Origin: Planctomycetota bacterium
GTDB taxonomy: Bacteria; Planctomycetota; UBA8108; SXIK01
Assembly: GCA_965223845.1 (NCBI GenBank)
Contig: CBDCXR010000004.1
Location: 7,616,001 to 7,680,000, forward strand
DNA length: 64,000 nt
Direction: 5' to 3'
Positions 34,700 to 43,025 of the stretch are shown here, one piece after another (within the stretch, counting starts at the first letter, position 1; each line of letters starts with the position of its first letter). Below the pieces are notes generated by a model. That model did not search any database and was not told where the DNA came from. It was given only the letters and a program-made list of their open reading frames with translations. The position numbers and the translations under genes are program-made.

Positions 34700-34908
34700 G
34701 TCGAGTACCCCCAATTTGGAATGCGACGGCAAACTCCGACCGCGGCCGACTCGTATCGCCGCGGTGCCTTCCGGTCGCCGAACTCGGTCGGAGACCTAGC
34801 GAAGGTACTGCGATCGGGTCGAGCGCCGGGACAGGAATTCTCGAGATCGGTGTGCCGAGTACCGGTCCAGCGGCGGAGCGGACGTTCCGCAGCGAGCCGA
34901 CGCCCGGA

Positions 34909-35547
34909 TCAATCTCCCCGACGAGGTGGGGTGGTTCGATCGGGAAGCTCAGGGATCGCCTCTCGCAACCGCGTCAGCGCGCGTGAGGCGAGCTTCCGCG
35001 CGTTCGTGGGGCTGATCTTGAGCTGGGCGGCGATCTCATCGTAGGAGAGTCCGATGAGCTGGTACTGCACGAATACCTCGCGGTAGTGATCGGGCATCTC
35101 GAGGAGCGCCGCTTCGATTCGATCCCCGAGCTCGGCCGCAGTCGCTTCGCTGCTCGGGGTGTCCGCGGGAGAGTGGAGGATCGACGTCGAGAGCACGCTG
35201 GTCGGATAATCGGACCAGCGACGCACTCGATTCCCGCCGCGCTTCTCGGCGCCGAGCGACCGGAAATAGTCTCGAACGGAGTTCTCGACGCAGCGCGTGA
35301 CCCACGCGAGAAACGCACGTTCCGAGTCCTCGCTCGCGAACTGATGGAGACTCTCGAGGACGTTGAGAAGCGCTTCTTGGACGACGTCGTCGTGCTCGGA
35401 AACGCTGGCCGCGGTGCGCCGAATGCGAAGCGCGACGATCTGGCGCACGCGCGGATAGCAGGAATCGGCGAGCGCCTCGCGGGCGGCGGCGTCGGATCGT
35501 TTCGCTCGCCGGACGAGCTCGATGAGGGACGGAGTTTCGGCGGACAT
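34909..35547 (-). CDS. ECF sigma-70 factor, planctomycete type
   Basis: LVRRAKRSDAAAREAL, DDVVQEALL, FLAWV..CVENSVRD..R...AEKRG, DTPS and region 4 GLSYDEIA..L...ARKL.SRAL. Confidence 0.88.
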   Translation of the reverse strand: MSAETPSLIELVRRAKRSDAAAREALADSCYPRVRQIVALRIRRTAASVSEHDDVVQEALLNVLESLHQFASEDSERAFLAWVTRCVENSVRDYFRSLGAEKRGGNRVRRWSDYPTSVLSTSILHSPADTPSSEATAAELGDRIEAALLEMPDHYREVFVQYQLIGLSYDEIAAQLKISPTNARKLASRALTRLREAIPELPDRTTPPRRGD

Positions 35548-35729
35548 CGCGTGTCGATCGGCGCCAAGGGATCGGTGGACGAGAACGGTCAGGAGACTCG
35601 TGAATTCTGCCACATCCCGGTCGAATTGGGTGAGCGGAGCCATCTCCACCGCGCCGTGTCTCCGTTTCCGGCGATCGCGTACAATTCATTTGTAACTCGC
35701 GGATCCGGTGGACGGAGGGGCTAGACGAC

Positions 35730-38700
35730 GTGACCGAGCACGAGCGCGACCCCGTCGACGTGAGGGCCGAAGATCTTTACGAGGAGTTTCGGCGCCGCAC
35801 GCGAGACGGGGAAAATCTTGATTTCGATGCGTTCTGCGCCGAGCACCCGAAGTTCGAAATGGGGCTGCGGGCCGTCCGCGATCTCGTCGAATCCGGGGAC
35901 GCGGATGCTCCGTCGGCCTCGAGACTCTCTTGGAGCTGCCTCGAGCCGTCCGAGCCCACGCTCCCTCCGGGCACGGTCGTCGGTCGGTATTCGCTGCGCG
36001 AAGTCCTCGGAACCGGCGGATTCGGTGTCGTCTACCTCGCCGATCAAAGCGCGCCGATCGAGCGGCCGGTGGCGCTCAAGATCCTTCACGCGGACCACGC
36101 TTCGGCGGGCGTTCTCGCGCGGTTCGACACCGAGCGCCAGGCGCTCGCGGCGATGCGCCATCCGAACATCGCTGCGATCTTCGACGCCGGAGCGACCGAG
36201 TCCGGCCATCCGTACTTCGCGATGGAGCTCGTCGCCGGTCCCGCGATCACGCGGTATGCGATCGACGGCGGCCTCAGAGTCGACGATCGTTTGCGTCTCT
36301 TTCTCGACGTTTGCGCCGCGGTTCGCCACGCGCACGGGCGATGGATCCTCCACCGCGACCTGAAGCCGTCGAACGTGCTCGTCGAAAGCGACGCCGACAA
36401 GGGGCCGATCGTAAAGGTCATCGACTTCGGCCTGGCGAAGGCAATGGGCGCGGAGTCGATCGACGAGGCGGGTCGAACTCGCGTCGGCACGGTGGTGGGG
36501 ACGCCGGCGTACATGAGTCCCGAGCAGCTCCGCGGCGGACCGCTCGACGCCCGCTCGGACGTTTACTCGCTCGGGATCCTCCTCTACGAGTTGCTCGCTG
36601 ATTCGCTTCCTTACGATGCAGCGAAGCTCCGCGGCTCGTTCGTCGACGTCGAGCGATACCTGTCGGGATTCGAGCTTCCTCGACCGAGTCGACACGTTTC
36701 GTCGACGGTGCGGGAGCGGATCGCCGCGCCGACGGGTGAGGCATCGAGTCCTCCGGCCACGGCGAAGAAACTTGCGGGCGAGCTCGACTGGATCGTCCTC
36801 AAGGCCATCGAGAAAGAGGCCGGACGCCGGTATGACTCCGTCGACGCGCTCGCCCAGGATATCGAACGCTTCCTCCGGCACGAGCCGATCCGCGCGCGGA
36901 GCGCGAGCTGGGTCTACCGAGCGCGGAAGTTCGCGCGCCGGCGTCCGACGCTGTGCGCCGCTTCGGGAGTGGCTCTGATCCTCGCTTCCGTATTCGCGAC
37001 GTTCCACTGGACGGGTCGCAGCGCGCGGTACAACGAACTTTCGACGAAATTCGACGAAGCCGTACAAGTGCGAGCGATCGAGGACGCGCGGGCCTACGCG
37101 AAGTCGCTCGAGAGCGAGTTCCCGGGGAATTCTCGAGCCGCCGCGATCTCGCTCCGGCTTCGTGATCTCGAGCGTGAACTTCGACTCGACGAGAGTACGC
37201 GACTCCGCGGCGAGGCCGAGGCCCTCGCCCTGCGCGACCGATCGCGCACCGAACGACTCGACGAGCTCACGGCCCGATGGACGGAGCTGCGCCAAACGAC
37301 GCCGAAGTTCGCGCCCGCTTGGGAGCGCAGCGAGGAGATCTCCGTGTGGACGGAACGCCGCGAGCTCGAGGGCGCGCCTGAGCTCGAGCTCTTCAGCGAG
37401 TCGGTGCGCTTGCTCCACCGAGCGCTCAACGTTGCTCCGAAAGAGAGCCGCGAGCGTGCTCGCGTGCAATCCCTGCTCGAAGAGCTCTACTGGGGACGAT
37501 ACGAGGAGGCAGAGCGCGAGGGCGGTGTTCGCATGCCGGCGAGCTTCTTTCGCGGCATGATCGACGCCTACGGAACGGGCAAGTACTCGCGCGCCGAAGG
37601 GGCAGACGTGTCGATCACCCTCGGCAGCGACCCCCCCGGCGCCGAGGTCTACCTCTTTCGTCTCGAAGAGCTCGAGACGCGTCTCGTGCCCCTCGCCTAC
37701 GATCTCTCCGCGCGTAAGAGCGGGAAGCCGTATCTCGAGATCGAGCGTCTGCTCGACACCGAGCGCTCGCCGTTTCGGCCGGGCGACCGATGGCGGCGCG
37801 TTCGGGGCGTCGACGTGCGGACGCGCTCGGAGCTCGCCGTGGTCCTCGAGGCCGTCGCGGATACGGAGTCCGTTTCGGTGGAGATCTCTCGCGCCGGCGG
37901 GACGACGACGGTCGAGTGGACACCGTTTCTCGGCGAGCTGCGTCTCGGTCCGCACAGCATACCCGCTGGGCGCTACGTGAGCGCGGCGCGCCAATTCGGA
38001 TTCACCTTCAAGGCGTTTCCTCTCGAACTCGGGCTCGCGAACCGGATCGGACGGACGAGTGACAGCCCACTCGAGATCTCCGTTCCGCCAGGACGATACC
38101 TCGCGCTGCTTCGTCGGAGCGGCTATCTAGACGCACGCATTCCGATCATCGTCCCCGGGGCGAGGCCGGACGCTCGGGTTCGACTAGTCTCCGAGCGCGC
38201 TGCGCCGGTGGGATTCGTTCACGTTTCCGGCGGCGAGTTCGTCGCCGGACGCGACCGCGAGGCGGAACAGCCGCTCGAGTACGGCGTGCGATCGGTCAGC
38301 GATTTCCTTTTGGCGCGACACGAAGTTTCGCTCGACGAGTGGCTCGAGTTCTTGAACCACCCGAGCGTCTTCGATCGTACGGACGAGCGCGGAGCTGCGG
38401 CGCCGAAGGACCCGAGAGTCATCGAGCGACTCGAGAGGCTGGCGAACGTCGATCGAGTTCAGCTCGTCTACGTTGCGAGCCGCGGTCCCGTTCTCACGCG
38501 ACAGGCGGAGGCGCGGCGATGGACGCTCAAGGGGCGAGCGCGCGGCGACTGGCCCGCGTTCGGGATTTCGCAGCTCGCGGCGCTCGAGTACATCCACTGG
38601 CGAAACGGGATCGAGTCGCGAGAGGGACGATACCGACTTCCGACGGACAGCGAGTGGGAGAAGGCGGCCGGTGTCGACGGCCGCGCATTCGTCGCCGGCG

Positions 38701-39008
38701 ATTACCGCCTGTGGAGTCACAGCGTCGCGAAAGATGGAGCGCTCGGCGGCGGCCCGAGCTCGGTTGGACTCTGTCCGTACGACGAGAGCGTCTACGGGGT
38801 ACGCGATCTCGGTGGCTCGGTCGTCGAATGGACGTCGGACACCACGGTGCCCGGCGAGCTCTACGTGTCGTACCGAGGCGGCGGCTGGACTCGCGGCGAC
38901 GAGCAGTACTTTCGCGTCGGGAGTCGAAACGGACTCTATCCGCAGAACGCCTACATCGACTCGGGGTTTCGTCTCGTCTTCGACCTGTCTCCGCCTGAGG
39001 GCGAGTGA
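35730..39008 (+). CDS. Ser/Thr protein kinase with TM, PEGA/PDZ-like region and C-terminal FGE-sulfatase (SUMF1) domain
   Basis: GTGGFG, VALK, HRDLKPSN, DFG and GTPAYMSPE kinase motifs, plus SUMF1 motifs HEVS, YRLPTDSEWEKAA, YGVRDLGGSVVEW, RGGGW and GFRLV. Confidence 0.9.
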   Translation: MTEHERDPVDVRAEDLYEEFRRRTRDGENLDFDAFCAEHPKFEMGLRAVRDLVESGDADAPSASRLSWSCLEPSEPTLPPGTVVGRYSLREVLGTGGFGVVYLADQSAPIERPVALKILHADHASAGVLARFDTERQALAAMRHPNIAAIFDAGATESGHPYFAMELVAGPAITRYAIDGGLRVDDRLRLFLDVCAAVRHAHGRWILHRDLKPSNVLVESDADKGPIVKVIDFGLAKAMGAESIDEAGRTRVGTVVGTPAYMSPEQLRGGPLDARSDVYSLGILLYELLADSLPYDAAKLRGSFVDVERYLSGFELPRPSRHVSSTVRERIAAPTGEASSPPATAKKLAGELDWIVLKAIEKEAGRRYDSVDALAQDIERFLRHEPIRARSASWVYRARKFARRRPTLCAASGVALILASVFATFHWTGRSARYNELSTKFDEAVQVRAIEDARAYAKSLESEFPGNSRAAAISLRLRDLERELRLDESTRLRGEAEALALRDRSRTERLDELTARWTELRQTTPKFAPAWERSEEISVWTERRELEGAPELELFSESVRLLHRALNVAPKESRERARVQSLLEELYWGRYEEAEREGGVRMPASFFRGMIDAYGTGKYSRAEGADVSITLGSDPPGAEVYLFRLEELETRLVPLAYDLSARKSGKPYLEIERLLDTERSPFRPGDRWRRVRGVDVRTRSELAVVLEAVADTESVSVEISRAGGTTTVEWTPFLGELRLGPHSIPAGRYVSAARQFGFTFKAFPLELGLANRIGRTSDSPLEISVPPGRYLALLRRSGYLDARIPIIVPGARPDARVRLVSERAAPVGFVHVSGGEFVAGRDREAEQPLEYGVRSVSDFLLARHEVSLDEWLEFLNHPSVFDRTDERGAAAPKDPRVIERLERLANVDRVQLVYVASRGPVLTRQAEARRWTLKGRARGDWPAFGISQLAALEYIHWRNGIESREGRYRLPTDSEWEKAAGVDGRAFVAGDYRLWSHSVAKDGALGGGPSSVGLCPYDESVYGVRDLGGSVVEWTSDTTVPGELYVSYRGGGWTRGDEQYFRVGSRNGLYPQNAYIDSGFRLVFDLSPPEGE

Positions 39009-39038
39009 GCGCGGCTCTCTTCGAGTCGTCGACCGAGC

Positions 39039-42000
39039 TTAGCGACAGGGCGAGACTTCACAGCCGAGCCCCGCTGGAGCCGAGCCGCACGCGGGAAAGG
39101 GAGGCGGGGGCGGTGCCCCGCTTCCGAAGAGACGATTGAGAAGGTAGATGGGATCGGCGATGTTCACTTCGGCATCGGCGTTCGCGTCCTCGGCTTCGCG
39201 GCAGCGGGATGGGCCGCCATCACCGAAGAGTCCGTTCAGCGTAAAGATCGGATCGGCGATGTTGACGTCGGCATCCGAGTTCGCATCTCCGCGAAGAAAC
39301 ACCGCAGTTGCCGCGACGACGAACTCCGCAACCGCGCTTCGTGTCCCGCCGTCGATCGTTTCGCATTCACTGCGCAGCGCGACGACTTGCCAGCGGTACG
39401 CTCCGGGAGCGAGCGGCTCGGAGAGACGATGCACCGTCGCGTCGAGTCCTGTCGCGATCGAAACGTCGATCGGGCCGTCGAGCGACGAGCTGAGGAGCAC
39501 CGTGTACGCATCACTCGCTGGAGACGCGTTCCAGCGGAGCGTCGGCTGATCGCCGGTCAGCGCACGGCCCGCGGGCGACAATCCGCCCGGAGGTTCCGGA
39601 CAGGCGGGTGGCGGCGCCGCGGTCCGGAAGGTCCACTCCGGTCCGGCAACGGTGAACGCAGAGTTCCTCGCGACGACTCTCCAGTGATAGATCTCGTCTG
39701 GGAGCAGCTCGGTGGCACGATATCCCGGGCGCTCGAGCGCCGCGGCGAACGGCGGATCCTGGTCGAGATCCGGTGGGCGCTCGCCATTACGCCACAAGTA
39801 TAGGTCGTAATCGTTCACCTTCCGGCTTCCCTGCCAAGAGAGAACCGCGTCGAGCGGTACGGAACGTTCCACGCCGCTTGCGGGAATCGGATTCGACGGC
39901 GGGGGAGGCTCGAGAGTCGTCGTGACGACGTTTGCCCACGCGTTGGTGGTGATCGCGTTTTCTTCATCGCCGTCGAAGATCACCGTTGCTCGGTTCTCGA
40001 ACGGAACATCGTCGTCTTCCGTCGCGAGCGCGGCCGTCCACACACTGAAGGTAACGAGACCCTGACCGAGCCGCGACTCGTCGTTCGGCGGCAGCAATCC
40101 CGCGATCGGGTCGTCGTCGAGTGTGGTCAGATTCCACGTGAGCGTCCGCGCTTCGAAGTCGATGTCGGCCTTTGCGCTCACCAGTGGTGTCCAGAGTCGA
40201 TCGCGCCAGTCGAAGGACACTCGCCGAGTTTCTTCGACGCTGTATGCGTCGGTTCCGAGCGCGATCGTCCGCCCGGTGAACTGGATTGCCTCGAAGCGCA
40301 CGCTTTCGATGTCGAGGGCCTCGGGGAGAACATCGACGATCGTCACCGTGCGGGCGGGGCCGCAGTCCGTGCACTCGTTCTCAAACTCGATGGTGTAGAA
40401 GATCTCGCTCGATTCGAGCAAGAAGCCATCGTCGCCGTCGCCCTTCGGTCCCTGCTTCTCGTTCGGGTCGATCGGGCCGATGATGTCCACCGGCCGCACG
40501 TGAGCACGAGTGAAGAGCTCGTTCGGCGGAGCCGGTGCATCTTCGGGGAGTCCGTCCGGAGCTGCGTTCAGAGACTTCGGGAACGACTTCGCTGCGGCCC
40601 CCGTGACGAGCAACCGGGCTCCGATGACGTCCGTCTCGAGTGGCACGGTCACGGAAGATGCGGCGCCTCCGCGCTCGAGAACCTGAACATCGTAGGTCGA
40701 GTCGTGGTCGAGCCAGTCGAGCACGAACTCACCGTCCGGGCCGGTCACGCTCTCCGAGCGGATGGTTCCGTCCTCCAGCGCGACGACCGTGACGCCCGCG
40801 GCGGGAGTCCAGTCGCTAGACTCGCGCACGACTCCTTGAATCGCGGCCGACGGTCGACCGAGTGCGGTGCGAACCGCGAGACGAAAGGCATCGGCGAACG
40901 AACTCGTCTGCCCGCGAGAGTGGAGCCGCGTCGAGATCTCCGCGAGCCGTTCGTGAGCCGAGGCCCAGGTCGGCCCGAGAATCTCCGGCAGGCGACCGAG
41001 CGCAGCGTTCCACCCCTCGGGGGTCATACCCGCCGGAACCGACTCCTCGAGTTCGTTCCACTCGACGATGTCGTTTGCGGTCGGCGTAAAGAGGAACACC
41101 TGAAACTCCGCCGGGCAAATCCCCGGGCACGACGCGCTCTCGACGACTAGGGCGCGCTCGCCGCTCCGCGTGGCATCGAGCGTCCCGATGGTGGCGTCGT
41201 CGTCGACGGCGAGGAGGTGGAGCTCCCCGCTTTGCGCCTCTGCGTCGCTCTCCGTCCGCAGTGACACATCAGCGGGTACGACGATCTTGAGGAGAGGTGC
41301 GGGCACGCTCGCGCCGCTCAGGTTTTCGAAGCGCGCTTGAAGCACGTTCGGAAAGAGCGCGCGGTAGAGATCGGGGCCCGCGAGCGAGACATCGAGTCCG
41401 TGGTCGTCTCTTGCCGAGATCACGCGGAGGGCATCGGAGACGACCATCGTCGGTTCGGTCGCGACGAGCCGATGGGCGGCCCCTACGGGGGCGCGCGAGA
41501 GGTCGACGTCGAAGCGCGCGAGCTCTGAGCTCAAAAACTCGCGCCCGAGCAGCGGCGGGCGCTCGCCCGTCGCGGAGTCTTCGAGATAAAAGCGAGTTCG
41601 TTCGCTGAACCCCGCGCCAGCCACCGCGATCGAAACTCGTCCCCGCGGACTCGCGACCCGTGGGGTGATCTCGTCGATCAGAACGTCGCGTTGCTCCACG
41701 GTGAGGCGAAACGGCGACGCCGCGCCGCCGAGGCGGACCGCCTCGACGAGAACGTACCCGGTATCGCCCCGCGCGCTGGGGATGAAGATCCTCTGGTTCG
41801 CGGTGCGCGCTGTCGATGCGCGATCGTGATCGAAGCGTGTCGGTGGCCTTCCCCAGCGAAAGTAGACGGAGCTCAGGTTCGACGAATCGGGAGTGAGGTC
41901 CTCTAGGAGGACGAGCGCCGGTCGCCCCGCTTCGAACGCGAACGGTACGAGCGCGGACGGGCGGTCGGGGGTGAGGACGATCTCGACGATGCGCGGAGAC

Positions 42001-42623
42001 GAATCGACCGGTAGCGCAGCACCGGCGCAAGACGAATCCTCGGCCGCACAAACTTCGACGGAGTGCGCGAACCGGGTCGGAGAGACATTGCGAGTGTCGT
42101 ACGTGACGACGTTTTCCACTCGCTGGCCACGGCCCCGAAGGCCGTCGACGAAACGAAGCTCGCTCGTGAAGCAATCCGCGGGCGGAACGGAAACGTCCAC
42201 CGAGACGATCGCGACGGTGTGCGGACTCTCTGCCGCATCGAGAGACGCCGGCGGATTCCCTGTCGTATCGAGAATGACGGCGAGCACGGCTCCACCGGGG
42301 ACGATTTCCGAGTACGCGAATGAAGGCTGGTCGCTCGGTGTGCCGTCGTTCGAGAGTCGTTCGCTCGCCGTGCCCGAGGTCGCGATCGCGACGATCTCCC
42401 CGGCGTCGACGGCGATCCCCATCGACCAGGCCTCCGCACCGGGCTCGCCCGCCGCGACGCCGCGGGTCGCGATCTGTACGCCGGCTTCGAATCGGACCGC
42501 CTCTCCCGCGAGGCACGCGATCGAGTCCGGTGCGACGAACGTGAAGTCAAACTCTTGCGCCGACGATATTGACGTACCGAGAGCGAGAAGGAGTCCGGCG
42601 ACAACGCCGTTTCTTGTAGCCAT
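39039..42623 (-). CDS. Large secreted multidomain surface protein (cohesin-like N-terminus, Ig/CnaB-like, DUF7619-like, FN3-like, C-terminal dockerin-like)
   Basis: Signal peptide (SSA-Q), PIDPNEKQGP..YTIEFEN..IVDVLP..LPPND..GQGLVTF module, YHWRVVARN and YRWQVVA FN3-like motifs, and C-terminal FLRGDANSDADVNIAD x2. Confidence 0.85.
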   Translation of the reverse strand: MATRNGVVAGLLLALGTSISSAQEFDFTFVAPDSIACLAGEAVRFEAGVQIATRGVAAGEPGAEAWSMGIAVDAGEIVAIATSGTASERLSNDGTPSDQPSFAYSEIVPGGAVLAVILDTTGNPPASLDAAESPHTVAIVSVDVSVPPADCFTSELRFVDGLRGRGQRVENVVTYDTRNVSPTRFAHSVEVCAAEDSSCAGAALPVDSSPRIVEIVLTPDRPSALVPFAFEAGRPALVLLEDLTPDSSNLSSVYFRWGRPPTRFDHDRASTARTANQRIFIPSARGDTGYVLVEAVRLGGAASPFRLTVEQRDVLIDEITPRVASPRGRVSIAVAGAGFSERTRFYLEDSATGERPPLLGREFLSSELARFDVDLSRAPVGAAHRLVATEPTMVVSDALRVISARDDHGLDVSLAGPDLYRALFPNVLQARFENLSGASVPAPLLKIVVPADVSLRTESDAEAQSGELHLLAVDDDATIGTLDATRSGERALVVESASCPGICPAEFQVFLFTPTANDIVEWNELEESVPAGMTPEGWNAALGRLPEILGPTWASAHERLAEISTRLHSRGQTSSFADAFRLAVRTALGRPSAAIQGVVRESSDWTPAAGVTVVALEDGTIRSESVTGPDGEFVLDWLDHDSTYDVQVLERGGAASSVTVPLETDVIGARLLVTGAAAKSFPKSLNAAPDGLPEDAPAPPNELFTRAHVRPVDIIGPIDPNEKQGPKGDGDDGFLLESSEIFYTIEFENECTDCGPARTVTIVDVLPEALDIESVRFEAIQFTGRTIALGTDAYSVEETRRVSFDWRDRLWTPLVSAKADIDFEARTLTWNLTTLDDDPIAGLLPPNDESRLGQGLVTFSVWTAALATEDDDVPFENRATVIFDGDEENAITTNAWANVVTTTLEPPPPSNPIPASGVERSVPLDAVLSWQGSRKVNDYDLYLWRNGERPPDLDQDPPFAAALERPGYRATELLPDEIYHWRVVARNSAFTVAGPEWTFRTAAPPPACPEPPGGLSPAGRALTGDQPTLRWNASPASDAYTVLLSSSLDGPIDVSIATGLDATVHRLSEPLAPGAYRWQVVALRSECETIDGGTRSAVAEFVVAATAVFLRGDANSDADVNIADPIFTLNGLFGDGGPSRCREAEDANADAEVNIADPIYLLNRLFGSGAPPPPPFPACGSAPAGLGCEVSPCR

Positions 42624-43025
42624 TCGTCGATGGGGTCCTCTGTGGCGCTTCGTTTCCATCCTCACCTGCACCGAGAAGTCGATCAAGACTCGGAACGATC
42701 TCCTCGCGCCGGTGGTTCGGGTGAACTTCGTCGATCGGGAGAGAGTCGCGGTACGAAACGCATGCGATCCGCTAAGATGTGGTGGTTTTTCGAGAGGTGA
42801 TCCGCGTGGGAGTCGCCGCTCATCGATGGAGACGCGAATTGGCCGACCTCTGTGACACAGTTTTCGCTGAGCTCGCGAGAAGCCACCTCGTCGAGGCTTC
42901 CGCCGCCGAAGGCCGCGAATTCGGTGTCACGCGAGAACTCTCGATTTCGTCGCTACCGATAGGCGCGAAGGAAATCGGGGCGAGGCCTCGGAGCGTCGCA
43001 TCGGAATCGAGCGAAGGTGACTGAT

